64,000 bases of DNA from positions 1,216,001 through 1,280,000 of the forward strand of contig CM000207.1 in the NCBI GenBank assembly GCA_000002445.1, written 5' to 3'. A program made the translations under genes and the position numbers. The notes beneath the pieces are model-generated. The model did not search any database, had not been told where the DNA came from, and saw nothing but the letters and a program-made list of their open reading frames with translations. Below, one piece after another: positions 35,360 to 47,775 of this stretch; positions within the stretch are counted from its first letter, which is position 1; each line of letters starts with the position of its first letter. This stretch comes from Trypanosoma brucei (Eukaryota).

Positions 35360-36208
35360 TTACATGTTTTCATTATATTTTGAATTACTCTCCTCATTAC
35401 CCTCATGTGACACCCCGCATTTAACACCTGATTTTTTCCATCCATCTTTTCCATATAATTTATCCAAATTTTCCTTTATGTGCACATCATCCCAACAAGT
35501 CCCAGCGTCACATGCGGGACAATTATTATTTCCAAGTTTTTCCAGCTGTTGTTCCTTCAGCTCTATTGCTCTCTTAACGTATTGAATTTCATCTAAGACT
35601 TTCTCCAATCTCTCTTTGTAATTCCCCTCTGTCCATATTTTCCTGTTTTCACACTCTTTTTCTTCCTGTTTAAAAAGTGCATCCACTCGTTTTTTTTCAT
35701 CCTGAAGGCTCCTTACCTTGCCTTCGGAACCAGCCATTCTCCCAATATCCTCTTCGCACTGTTTCTTTTCTCGATCCACCTGTGTGCACGCTGCCCGAAG
35801 GCGCACAACTTCCTTGTCTTTCCCACCAATTCGCCCCCGTAGCTGTTCGGCTTCACGGTCTAGCTCCATCCGTCTCTCATGCACTTTCCTTTTACAAAAG
35901 GATATATCACCTCCACTACTCCAATTGAATCTGTTTGTAATGAGGTCTGTTGGTTGCTCATCGCTTGAAATATCACAAAGCCATAACATTTCATTTGCTC
36001 CACCTATTCTTTCGCTCCTGTTGCATATCATCCACTTATGATTTTTTACCAAGAGGTCATCATTAGCCTTCATCACAGCCACCTTATCATCAACCTCTCC
36101 ATCCTTTTGGATTCTAACACATTTGACAGCCTCCACCCTTTCTGTAAAAGCCAAAAACAATATCAACCCCGCCAAAGAAAAAAACATAAGTGTCCCATAC
36201 TCTTTCAT
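35360..36208 (-). CDS. Array unit 2, type A: secreted coiled-coil protein, 282 aa.
   Basis: ATG verified at 36206-36208 (MKEYGTLMFFSLAGLILFLAFT, a signal peptide). The C-terminus NCPACDAGTCWDDVHIKENLDKLYGKDGWKKSGVKCGVSHEGNEESNSKYNENM is almost identical to unit 1, but the central region is different. Confidence 0.75.
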   Translation of the reverse strand: MKEYGTLMFFSLAGLILFLAFTERVEAVKCVRIQKDGEVDDKVAVMKANDDLLVKNHKWMICNRSERIGGANEMLWLCDISSDEQPTDLITNRFNWSSGGDISFCKRKVHERRMELDREAEQLRGRIGGKDKEVVRLRAACTQVDREKKQCEEDIGRMAGSEGKVRSLQDEKKRVDALFKQEEKECENRKIWTEGNYKERLEKVLDEIQYVKRAIELKEQQLEKLGNNNCPACDAGTCWDDVHIKENLDKLYGKDGWKKSGVKCGVSHEGNEESNSKYNENM

Positions 36209-36330
36209 ATTGTTAGTTCACACTATATATCCTTCAAACACTTTCTTGTCCTTGTTAACAAATACATATACCCAAACCAAATGAAATAATAGCAACAGTG
36301 AGTGTTAACTATAGTGACAGCAGCTTCTTT

Positions 36331-36351
36331 TCTTACCTTACCTTACCTTAC
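36331..36351. repeat. (CTTAC)4 pentanucleotide microsatellite, present in every array unit just upstream (on the minus strand) of the type A gene.
   Basis: cttaccttaccttaccttacc at 36331-36351. Equivalent tracts occur near 42135, 47880 and 53610. Confidence 0.8.
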
Positions 36352-38804
36352 CGTGGCACTGAATCTGCTTCCTCATTGACACACGGCACAATGGCAAGAC
36401 ACAAATAAACTTAAAACTAAAAATTAACAAAAAATATATATGTGATCCAAATACAAAATAGGTACAACAACATGTGCATTCAAATGCAAACCTAACTCAG
36501 AAAAAATACACGAAATAAATGAACACATGTATTCCGATTAGCACACGCATATATGAATATCCTTTGTCAAAGTCAGTTAACAGTTTTTTCCCTTAGCAAT
36601 CCTTATTCCATCCCCGCATGTCTTAAATTCTATTTCCCACAGCCTACAACACATATCAGATGCGCTACCACTTCTATCCTAGTGCCACAAACTCACATTA
36701 ATCAAATTTCCTTCGTCACACCTCTTTCCTCTGCACGCAGTTAGAGTTCAACAAACGCAGCAGCATCATAACTCTAGAAATGCCGGTAATGCGATTAGTC
36801 TCAAGAACAAACAATTAATACTAACGGGCTGCATCTCTCACTACAATCCACATAACAACACACCCCATGAAATATGAGAACTTTTGGTGACATTATATCG
36901 TTTAGCATTTCCTACCAACATTCAAAAGGATTTGCCACACATCACAATTAGTTACTGTATATTATAAAGCATCGTGAAATGGTGTAGCAGTACGAGAAAA
37001 GGGGAGTCTCTAGTCCCTCTCCCGTAACTTCATCATTTCAATAAATGCTAACAGTATTCACGACCCCATACAAAAAACAAGGAACAACAACATATGGGAT
37101 ATTTTACTGAATCCCACTCTCTACACATCACAGTGTAACCTGAAATGCACTCTTCACTTCGAGCTGCAGTAAACATGATAATTCCCATAATGCTCAATGA
37201 AAAGATAACAGAAATATATAACATATGATAGGTAATACATGATATATATTCCAGCACTTTTGTTGCTATTCCCAGAGATTCAACATTTTAGGAAACAAAA
37301 TATACAGAATCAACATTACTCCAATTGTATCAGCCTAACAAGACACTGAATTGAGGAAATTGTGTGAAACTTAAGTACTGGAAATGCGAGATATCATAAA
37401 CATTCCACGATTGGACTCAATGAAAACAAATGCAATCTTAAAGTTAGTATAACTAATGCATGGAATGACTGGAATTGTTGGAAATGAAGAATTTAATATA
37501 ACTAAAAAAAAATAATAGTATTTTCATCCGATATGGGAGCAAATATGATAGAATACCACAACAGTAATCTCAGTAGTTGAGATGCCAATAACACAGTTAA
37601 GTCACAGTTGCAGCATAAACACTTCTGGAAAGACTCCATAAAGGGAAAGAAAACTAATCATATTTCGAAGACTCAATTAGGCGTGGAAGAGAAACGGCAA
37701 CTGGTACAAAATAAATGTAACTGCAGGAACGCAGTGACTCCAAGTGGACATAAACCTAAGGAACTGATGTGAAACCTCATCTCCTGAATCTTATTAGTAA
37801 TGTGTAAACAAAAAAAGAAAGCAAAGAATCATTACACTCAATGCTTCTGTCACTACATATTTTGAATGTTTGTAAGTAAGCTAAGCTATTATATTGTGCG
37901 TATATTTATATTTTTTCTTTCCTTACCAAAAGAGTAAGGAATAAGGAGAGCGTATTCAAAGGAAAGATACTGAAGTGTAGTAGTGAAAATAACAACTCTT
38001 GCAGCAACTGAAAGAGCAGTGAGGGCACAAATGAATATGCTCATGCAATGCCTTCAACTTCACGCACGTTTAGCATAATATGAGTTACAGAGGCATCACT
38101 TAGTAGAAAAAAATAATAAAGCGTGGAAAAATAAAAATAATAATAATAATAGTAATAGTGGTAATCGTAATACCAAAGAAAGAAAGAGGTTATAGGGGTG
38201 GCAATAATAGTAACAAATTTACTATATATGGAAAAGAAAGTGTCGTATTCTCGAAAGTAATAAAGAGAGTAGTAAGAAAATGAAGAAGTACAACACTGAA
38301 TATTTTACTGGTTGAAACTGATTCGAAGAGAGCATGATATCAATAGAGTTGTAGGTGCTTCTCAATTCAGTAAAATGGTTGCGGCCACACTAATATGTCT
38401 TCCCTCTCATGCACAAACTCTCCTTCCTTTCCTCTTTTTGTTTCTTACTCATATGCCTTCATTTCCATCTGATCTTCTTTATTCTCACATTTCTAAACCT
38501 TCACATCACTTCGTTACAAAATCACTCGAATCTCGAACTACCAGTTCTCATAAATGCACCATGTCGTGTAAAACTTTTCCATGAGACCAGAAAAAATATT
38601 GACAAGAGGAGTGATACAATCATTCACTGGTTAGAGGCCACACTCGCAACAATGGAAAGAAATAAATGAGAAGTAAAAAGAAGGACAAAGCGAAAAACAA
38701 ATTATAGGGAGACAGTAACTCTTCCATTTCTCCTCCATTGCCTCAATATATCTTTTTCTTTCCTTTGTCTCTACAAACATTTGCTCCTTTCCCATACTGA
38801 TAAT

Positions 38805-39182
38805 TTATTGAGTTGGTTGCTGCTCACTTTGACACTGTGTAAAGGTTTCCCATGCCCATTTACATGGTGCCGCATTGCCTTCATTTGCTTCCAAACATTT
38901 TGCATAAGTTTGGACATGAGCTGCACAGGCACCGTTACCAACTTGTTGTGCCACCTGTTGCAACTCAGTGGGTTGTGCTGGCGGGGCATTGCGGTCAAAG
39001 AGCATATGTGAAATGCCGTGGCCAATGACGGAACCGGCTGCAACTGATGCCACATTTCCAAGGAGACCGCTACCCATTCCACCACGCTGCACGTACACAT
39101 TTATTACCTGAGGTTGCGGTTGCTGAGCAGTTGTCTGGTGTGTGTTTTGATGCTGTTGTTGCGGCAACGTTTCATGTGCCAA
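38805..39182 (-). pseudogene. N-terminally truncated CHCH-domain copy in array unit 3 (the track start is TTG).
   Basis: Retains QQHQNTHQTTAQQPQPQV of the ancestral linker. Upstream is junction sequence. Confidence 0.6.
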
Positions 39183-39954
39183 AGAAAATTAGGAAACACA
39201 TCCAATAAGTGCGTCTGCCACGAATATGTAAGGCTATGTGAAACTAAGACACATAAAAGGATCACTGCTTTCCATAGTTCCTGCATGAGCAGAGAATTGT
39301 TGGCACATAACATCTACTAACACTAGCCATACTGACAGCAACTTATTCCTCCTGCCCTCCATCCTTGCACACACACCTCACAGTAACCAGTAACACTTCA
39401 CAACTATTTTAAACATCTGGCTTATTGTCTCAACAAAAGTCAGAGGGTTAGTAACTTTCCTCGTGTCGCATGCGAGGTTGCTGCAAAATGCGAAGAGTTC
39501 CACCTTATCGCACACACATATCAAATACAAAGAGTAATAATTAAGTAATGTCGCGTAACTGTTTTAGTTATAATTCAACGTGAAGTGTTACGGATTCTAA
39601 TTCCTTTCAGATTGGAAACCGCAAACCATACAGTCCTGCTTCTTGTTACAAGTCAATTAGGACATGCTAATTGGATTCAACTTCAATTAATTCCGTCATT
39701 TGCAGGTAGCAATAACATCTATCCTAAGAATTGTTATTTGCATTTAAAGGGTGAAATTGAGTGCATTCAGATAAAACAAAATAAGACTCATAGCAACAGC
39801 AAAAAGAGACTCTTTAGGGTTTATGGCAAACACAATCAATGAACAAACACACTATACCATTAACACAATTAAATTCCAAATACTATAACACATGTATTCT
39901 GTTCCAAAAAGTTACAATAAGTATTATGGTAATCACATCATAAGATTATTCCGG

Positions 39955-40896
39955 TCAAATTAAAAAGCATAAAAATGAAATTAGAAGTGCAAATAGTTTT
40001 TCCATCATATCTACATTTTGGTTATAAGCATAAGCACCATCAAAGGGTTTCCTCCTCATGTAAGATAACATTGGTAGCAACATTGTATCATCAAGAAGGC
40101 ATTGCTCCCTGTGTGCTGCGGTAAGATTGAGCCATGAGTTTTCAAGATACTTGTTGTCAAGTTCCGCCTTTACACTGGGAGTGCTGTAACATGTTTCGGC
40201 AGAGCAAACACTGCAATTGTTTTTCTTTATTGCTTCCTCAAACATTTGTGTCGTCAAATTCAGCTGTTTCTTTAGGTCGTGGAGAGAAGCTTTTTTCTTT
40301 TTCAAGATTACTTTTTTGTGATTAGTGATATGATGTGTAATATTGTGATTGCATTGTTGCTTTACCTTCTCTATTTCATCTCTCTTTTCTCTGTTTGCTG
40401 TTTCGAGAGTTGCATTTGTTTGACTTTTGTCTCTTAACGTTTTTGGATCCTCGATACATGGTGGGTTTTTTTGCTTTGCTCCAGTGCTTTTTTTGTAATT
40501 TTCATTCTCGACCCCTAACTGCCGGAGTTTATCCTTCAATTTTTCAATTTTTTCTTTATGCACTCTTATTTGAGTTGCCACAGTACTGTCGCATAGATTT
40601 CCGCCCTCCACACTCTCTCGCAAAAGTTCGTGATTCTCGATTAAGTCTTTAAATGTTTTATCATTGCTACAACTCCAAACCTTTCCGCTTGTAAAATCAT
40701 TAGACGCATCGCAAAACATCCACTTTTTATCATTTCCAAAAAGTTTCTCCCCACCCTTCAAAACAAAACTCCTCGCATCATCGACGCCCTCCTCTCTGTA
40801 AACATCTTCCCTCTCTTTTATATAATAGCATGGATTATCATCCGCCCATATTGTTACGCAAGATATCAGCAACAACACTCCAAATAGTATTTGCAT
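39955..40896 (-). CDS. Array unit 3, type B: surface protein with a C-terminal hydrophobic tail.
   Basis: The track ORF starts at GTG (40959). The first ATG is at 40894-40896 (MQILFGVLLLISCVTIWADD, a signal peptide). C-terminus NCSVCSAETCYSTPSVKAELDNKYLENSW...LFALLISFLCFLI. Confidence 0.75.
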   Translation of the reverse strand: MQILFGVLLLISCVTIWADDNPCYYIKEREDVYREEGVDDARSFVLKGGEKLFGNDKKWMFCDASNDFTSGKVWSCSNDKTFKDLIENHELLRESVEGGNLCDSTVATQIRVHKEKIEKLKDKLRQLGVENENYKKSTGAKQKNPPCIEDPKTLRDKSQTNATLETANREKRDEIEKVKQQCNHNITHHITNHKKVILKKKKASLHDLKKQLNLTTQMFEEAIKKNNCSVCSAETCYSTPSVKAELDNKYLENSWLNLTAAHREQCLLDDTMLLPMLSYMRRKPFDGAYAYNQNVDMMEKLFALLISFLCFLI

Positions 40897-41172
40897 TTTT
40901 CTAATGCTCCTAGAGTAGATGATATGAAATAAAGCACGCGTATATATTTTCCATAACACATTTGCATAAGAGTTACAGAATTCACGATTAACATGGCGAA
41001 ACCAATTTTACCGATTCATGAAATGATATTATAATGATAATTAACCAAAATGTATGATATCCATAAAAAAATCCATTATTATTTCACATAGTGGTAAGAA
41101 ACAACTGCTTAAACTGACAGATTAATAAGTAAGAAAAGATACAAACCCAACATATTTTATTTCCATAACTGT

Positions 41173-42030
41173 TTACATGTTTTCATTATATTTTGAATGA
41201 TTCCCTTCAGTATCTTCATGTGACACCCCACATTTACCTCCTGATTTTGTCCATCCATCTTTTCCATATAGTTTATCCAACTCTTCCTTTATTTTCACAT
41301 CATCCCAGCAAGCTTCAGCGTCACATGAGGGACACTTATTAATTCCAAGTTCTTCTAGTTGCTGTTCCTTTAGTTCTATTGCTTTCATAACATTTTTGAT
41401 TTCTTCATCAATTTTTTCAAGTTCAATATCGTATTCCTTTTCCATATTTCGCTTAATATTTTCACACTCTGTCATTTCCTTTTCAATAAGAGAGTTCATT
41501 CGAGCACCTTCATTTATGATGTTCTGTATCTTGGTATCAGTATCTGTTATTTTTTCTATCTGATCTTGGCATTCCTGCTTTGTCTCCTGTGCTTTTGCAC
41601 CCAATATCTCCAGGTTTTTATTTATCATATCTTGCTCCACAATTTTACTGCTCAGCTGTATCTCCTCATCCTTAATTCTTTGGATCTCTTCCAGCACCTT
41701 CTTTTTACAGGTAGTTACGCTGCTTACATCATTACTCCAATTGAATTTGTTAACGAGAGTTGTGGGTGTCCCATCAATAGAGGCGTCGCACATCCAAAAC
41801 ACTTTATTTGCTTCTCCCACCCTATTAGTGACGTTGCATATCATCCATTTGTGACGTCTACTCACGAAGTGATCACCATTTTCTATCACAGCCTCCATCA
41901 CTCCTTCCACCTCCTCCCTTCTCACCATACAGGTTTTGGCTTTCGACTCGCCAGTGAAAACCAACAATATCACTCCCGCCAATGATAAAAACATAAGTGT
42001 CCCATACTCTTTCATATTGTCACCTCGCAT
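41173..42030 (-). CDS. Array unit 3, type A: secreted coiled-coil protein.
   Basis: The track ORF starts at GTG (42048). ATGs are at 42028-42030 (MRGDNMKEYG...) and 42013-42015 (MKEYGTLMFLSLAGVILLVFTG). C-terminus KCPSCDAEACWDDVKIKEELDKLYGKDGWTKSGGKCGVSHEDTEGNHSKYNENM. Confidence 0.75.
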   Translation of the reverse strand: MRGDNMKEYGTLMFLSLAGVILLVFTGESKAKTCMVRREEVEGVMEAVIENGDHFVSRRHKWMICNVTNRVGEANKVFWMCDASIDGTPTTLVNKFNWSNDVSSVTTCKKKVLEEIQRIKDEEIQLSSKIVEQDMINKNLEILGAKAQETKQECQDQIEKITDTDTKIQNIINEGARMNSLIEKEMTECENIKRNMEKEYDIELEKIDEEIKNVMKAIELKEQQLEELGINKCPSCDAEACWDDVKIKEELDKLYGKDGWTKSGGKCGVSHEDTEGNHSKYNENM

Positions 42031-44562
42031 TATATATCCTTCAAACACTTTCTTGTCCTTACCATCAGATACACGTAAACAAAATGGAACAATAGCAACA
42101 GCGAGTGTTAATTATAGTGACAGCAGCTTCTTTTCTTACCTTACCTTACCTTACCGTGGCACTGAATCTGCTTCCTTATTAACATACTGCACCATCTCAA
42201 GACAGAAAATTGATACTAAAAATTAACAAAAAGAACATAGATGTGATCCAAATATCAAATAAAGCACCATCCACACACAAGCGCAAGCCTTTCACAGAAT
42301 AGATACACGAAATAAATGAACACACATTTTCTGATCATCACACGCATATGCATATCCTACATTAATTTCAGTTAACAGCTTTTGTCGTTAGCAATCCTTA
42401 TTCCATCCCCGTACGTCTTACACTCTATTTCCCACGGCCTACAACACATATCAGATGCGCTACCACTTCTATCCTACCACCACAAACTCACATTAATCAA
42501 ATCCCCTCCATTTTCTCTTCCCCGCACGCAATTAGGGTTCAGTAAACGCAGTAGCATCACAACTCTGGAGATGAGAAATGCGATCACCCTGAAGAACAAA
42601 CAATAGGTACTAACGGGTTGTATATAAATGGTCACAGCTTCGTACAACAACATCTCATGCAAAATGAAAACTAGTGATGGTACTGCACCTTTCAGCATTT
42701 CTTACCAACATTCAAAAGGATTTGGCGCACATCACAATTAGTTACTGTATATCGTAAAACACCGTCAAATTGTTGTACGAGAAAAAGGGAGTCTCTAGTC
42801 CCTCTCCCGTAACTTCATCATTTCAATAAATGCTAACAGTATTCATGACACCATACAAAAGACAAGGAACAACAACATATGGGAGATTTTACAGAATCCC
42901 ACTTCTACACATCACAGTGTAACCTGAAATGCACTCTTCACTTCGAGCTGCAGTAAACATGATAATTCCCATAATGCTCAATGAAAAGATAACAGAAATA
43001 TATAACATATGATAGTTAATACATGATATACATTCCAGCACTTTTGTTGCTATTCCCAGAGATTCTACATGTTAGGAAACAAAATATACAGAATCAACAT
43101 TACTCCAATTGCATCAGCCTCACAACACATTCGAGCGAGGGAATTGTGTAGAACTCAAGTACTGGAAATGTGAGATGCCATAAACATGTAACGATTAAAC
43201 TTGAAAACAAATGCAACCTGCAAGTAAGTATAACTAATGCATGGAATGACTGGAATTGTTGGAAATGAAGAATTTAATATAACTAAAAAGAATACGAGTA
43301 TTTTCACGCGATAATGAATAATACATGATAGAATAATTCAACAGTAATCTCAGTGGTTGAGATGCCAATAACACAGTTAAGTCACAGTTGCAGCATAAAC
43401 ACTTCTGGAAAGACTCCATAAAGGGTAAGAAAACTAATCATATTTCAAAGACTCAATTAGGCGTGGAAGAGCAACGGCAACTGGTACAAAATTAATGTAA
43501 CTGCAGGAACATAGTGACACCAAGTGGCCATAAACTCAAGGAACTGATGTGAAACCTCATCTCCTGAATCTTATTAGTAATGTGTAAAGAAAAAAGAAAG
43601 TAAAGAATCATTACACTCAATGCTTCTATCATTGCATATTTTGAATGTTTGTAAGCAAGCTAAGCTATTATATTGTGCGTATATTTATATTTTTTTTCCC
43701 CCTGGTAAAAGAGTAAGGAATGAGAAGAGCTTATTCAAAAGAAAAATACTGAAGTGTAGTAGTGAAAACAACAACTCTTGCAGCAACTGAAAGAGCAGTG
43801 AGCGTACAAATGAATATGCTCATGCAATGCCTTCAACTTCACGCACGTTTAGCATAATATGAGTTACAGAGGCATCACTTAGTAGAAAAAAATAATAAAG
43901 CGTGGAAAAATAATAATAATAATAATAGTGGTAATCGTAATACCAAAGAAATAGAGGTTATAGGGGTGGCAATAATAGTAACAAATTTACTATATATGGA
44001 AAAGAAAGTGTCGTATTCTCGAAAGTAACAAAGAGAGTAATAAGAAAAGGAAGAAGTGCAACACTGAATATTTTACTGGTTGAAACTGATTCGAAGAGAA
44101 CATGATATCAATAGAGTTGTAGGTGTTTCTCAATTCAGTAAAATGGTTGCGACCACACAAATATGTTTTCCCTCTCATGCACAAACTCTCCTTCCTTTAC
44201 TCTCTTTGTTTCTTACTCATATGCCTTCATTTTCTTATCTTTTTGTTCTCACTTTTCTAAACCTTCAATTCGCTTCGTTATAAAGCCACTCAAATCTCGA
44301 ACTACCAGTTTTGATAAATGCACCATGTCGAGTAAAACTTCCCCATGAGGACAGAAAACATGTTGACAAGAGGAGTGACATAATCATTCACTGGTTAGAG
44401 TCCACACTCGCAACAATGGAAAGAAATAAATCAGAAGTAAAACAACAAAGCGAAAAACATATTGTAGAGGCAGTAACTCTTCCATTCCTCCTCCATTGCC
44501 TCAATATATCTTTTTCTTTCTTTTGTCTCTACAAACATTTGCCTCTTTCCTATACTGATAAT

Positions 44563-44856
44563 TTATTGAGTTGGTTGCTGCTCACTTTGACACTGTGTAA
44601 AGGTTTCCCATGCCCATTTACATGGTGCCGCATTGCCTTCATTTGCTTCCAAACATTTTGCATAAGTTTGGACATGAGCTGCACAGGCACCGTTACAAAC
44701 TTGTTGTGCCACCTGTTGCAACTCAGTGGGTTGTGCAGGCGGGGCATTGCGGTCGAAGAGCATATGCGTAATGCCGTGTCCAATGACGGAACCGGCTGCA
44801 ACTGATGCCACATTTCCAAGGAGACCGCTACCCATTCCACCACGCAGCACGTACAC
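44563..44856 (-). pseudogene. N-terminally truncated CHCH-domain copy in array unit 4.
   Basis: Same as above. A few substitutions relative to the full copy (ITHMLF, QQVCNGA). Confidence 0.6.
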
Positions 44857-45699
44857 ATTTGTTACCTGAGGTTGCGGTTGCTGAGCAGTTGTCTGGTGTG
44901 TGTTTTGATGCTGTTGTCGTGTGCCAAAGAAAATTATGAAATATATCCAATAAGTGTTTCTGCAACGAATAAGTAAGGTTATGTGAAACTAAAACACATA
45001 AAAGGATCACTGCTTTCCATAGTTCCTGCATGAGCAGAGAATTGTTGGCACATAACATCTACTAACACTAGCCATACTGACAGCAACTTATTCCTCCTGC
45101 CCTCCATCCTTGCACACACACCTCACGGTAACCAGTAACACTTCACAACTATTTTAAACATCTGGCTTATTGTCTCAACAAAAGTCAGAGGGTTAGTAAC
45201 TTTCCTCGTGTCGCATGCGAGGTTGCTGCAAAATGCGAAGAGTTCCACCTTATCGCACACACATATCAAATACAAAGAGTAATAATTAAGTAATGTCGCG
45301 TAACTGTTTTAGTTATAATTCAACGTGAAGTGTTACGGATTCTAATTCCTTTCAGATTGGAAACCGCAAACCATACAGTCCTGCTTCTTGTTACAAGTCA
45401 AGTGGGACATGCTAATTGGATTCAACTTCAATTAATTCCGTCATTTGCAGGTAGCAATAACATCTATCCTAAGAATTGTTATTTGCATTTAAAGGGTGAA
45501 ATTGAGTGCATTCAGATAAAACAAAATAAGACTCATAGCAACAGCAAAAAGAGACTCTTTAGGGTTTATGGCAAACACAATCAATGAACAAACACACTAT
45601 ACCATTAACACAATTAAATTCCAAATACTATAACACATGTATTCTGTTCCAAAAAGTTACAATAAGTATTATGGTAATCACATCATAAGATTATTCCGG

Positions 45700-46641
45700 T
45701 CAAATTAAAAAGCATAAAAATGAAATTAGAAGTGCAAATAGTTTTTCCATCATATCTACATTTTGGTTATAAGCATAAGCACCATCAAAGGGTTTCCTCC
45801 TCATGTAAGATAACATTGGTAGCAACATTGTATCATCAAGAAGGCATTGCTCCCTGTGTGCTGCGGTAAGATTGAGCCATGAGTTTTCAAGATACTTGTT
45901 GTCAAGTTCCGCCTTTACACTGGGAGTGCTGTAACATGTTTCGGCAGAGCAAACACTGCAATTGTTTTTCTTTATTGCTTCCTCAAACATTTGTGTCGTC
46001 AAATTCAGCTGTTTCTTTAGGTCGTGGAGAGAAGCTTTTTTCTTTTTCAAGATTACTTTTTTGTGATTAGTGATATGATGTGTAATATTGTGATTGCATT
46101 GTTGCTTTACCTTCTCTATTTCATCTCTCTTTTCTCTGTTTGCTGTTTCGAGAGTTGCATTTGTTTGACTTTTGTCTCTTAACGTTTTTGGATCCTCGAT
46201 ACATGGTGGGTTTTTTTGCTTTGCTCCAGTGCTTTTTTTGTAATTTTCATTCTCGACCCCTAACTGCCGGAGTTTATCCTTCAATTTTTCAATTTTTTCT
46301 TTATGCACTCTTATTTGAGTTGCCACAGTACTGTCGCATAGATTTCCGCCCTCCACACTCTCTCGCAAAAGTTCGTGATTCTCGATTAAGTCTTTAAATG
46401 TTTTATCATTGCTACAACTCCAAACCTTTCCGCTTGTAAAATCATTAGACGCATCGCAAAACATCCACTTTTTATCATTTCCAAAAAGTTTCTCCCCACC
46501 CTTCAAAACAAAACTCCTCGCATCATCGACGCCCTCCTCTCTGTAAACATCTTCCCTCTCTTTTATATAATAGCATGGATTATCATCCGCCCATATTGTT
46601 ACGCAAGATATCAGCAACAACACTCCAAATAGTATTTGCAT
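45700..46641 (-). CDS. Array unit 4, type B: predicted protein identical to the unit 3 type B.
   Basis: The 334 aa track ORF is identical to 39955..40959, offset by exactly 5745 bp. Confidence 0.75.
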   Translation of the reverse strand: MQILFGVLLLISCVTIWADDNPCYYIKEREDVYREEGVDDARSFVLKGGEKLFGNDKKWMFCDASNDFTSGKVWSCSNDKTFKDLIENHELLRESVEGGNLCDSTVATQIRVHKEKIEKLKDKLRQLGVENENYKKSTGAKQKNPPCIEDPKTLRDKSQTNATLETANREKRDEIEKVKQQCNHNITHHITNHKKVILKKKKASLHDLKKQLNLTTQMFEEAIKKNNCSVCSAETCYSTPSVKAELDNKYLENSWLNLTAAHREQCLLDDTMLLPMLSYMRRKPFDGAYAYNQNVDMMEKLFALLISFLCFLI

Positions 46642-46917
46642 TTTTCTAATGCTCCTAGAGTAGATGATATGAAATAAAGCACGCGTATATATTTTCCATA
46701 ACACATTTGCATAAGAGTTACAGAATTCACGATTAACATGGCGAAACCAATTTTACCGATTCATGAAATGATATTATAATGATAATTAACCAAAATGTAT
46801 GATATCCATAAAAAAATCCATTATTATTTCACATAGTGGTAAGAAACAACTGCTTAAACTGACAGATTAATAAGTAAGAAAAGATACAAACCCAACATAT
46901 TTTATTTCCATAACTGT

Positions 46918-47775
46918 TTACATGTTTTCATTATATTTTGAATGATTCCCTTCAGTATCTTCATGTGACACCCCACATTTACCTCCTGATTTTGTCCATC
47001 CATCTTTTCCATATAGTTTATCCAACTCTTCCTTTATTTTCACATCATCCCAGCAAGCTTCAGCGTCACATGAGGGACACTTATTAATTCCAAGTTCTTC
47101 TAGTTGCTGTTCCTTTAGTTCTATTGCTTTCATAACATTTTTGATTTCTTCATCAATTTTTTCAAGTTCAATATCGTATTCCTTTTCCATATTTCGCTTA
47201 ATATTTTCACACTCTGTCATTTCCTTTTCAATAAGAGAGTTCATTCGAGCACCTTCATTTATGATGTTCTGTATCTTGGTATCAGTATCTGTTATTTTTT
47301 CTATCTGATCTTGGCATTCCTGCTTTGTCTCCTGTGCTTTTGCACCCAATATCTCCAGGTTTTTATTTATCATATCTTGCTCCACAATTTTACTGCTCAG
47401 CTGTATCTCCTCATCCTTAATTCTTTGGATCTCTTCCAGCACCTTCTTTTTACAGGTAGTTACGCTGCTTACATCATTACTCCAATTGAATTTGTTAACG
47501 AGAGTTGTGGGTGTCCCATCAATAGAGGCGTCGCACATCCAAAACACTTTATTTGCTTCTCCCACCCTATTAGTGACGTTGCATATCATCCATTTGTGAC
47601 GTCTACTCACGAAGTGATCACCATTTTCTATCACAGCCTCCATCACTCCTTCCACCTCCTCCCTTCTCACCATACAGGTTTTGGCTTTCGACTCGCCAGT
47701 GAAAACCAACAATATCACTCCCGCCAATGATAAAAACATAAGTGTCCCATACTCTTTCATATTGTCACCTCGCAT
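46918..47775 (-). CDS. Array unit 4, type A: predicted protein identical to the unit 3 type A.
   Basis: The 291 aa track ORF is identical to 41173..42048, offset by exactly 5745 bp. Confidence 0.75.
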   Translation of the reverse strand: MRGDNMKEYGTLMFLSLAGVILLVFTGESKAKTCMVRREEVEGVMEAVIENGDHFVSRRHKWMICNVTNRVGEANKVFWMCDASIDGTPTTLVNKFNWSNDVSSVTTCKKKVLEEIQRIKDEEIQLSSKIVEQDMINKNLEILGAKAQETKQECQDQIEKITDTDTKIQNIINEGARMNSLIEKEMTECENIKRNMEKEYDIELEKIDEEIKNVMKAIELKEQQLEELGINKCPSCDAEACWDDVKIKEELDKLYGKDGWTKSGGKCGVSHEDTEGNHSKYNENM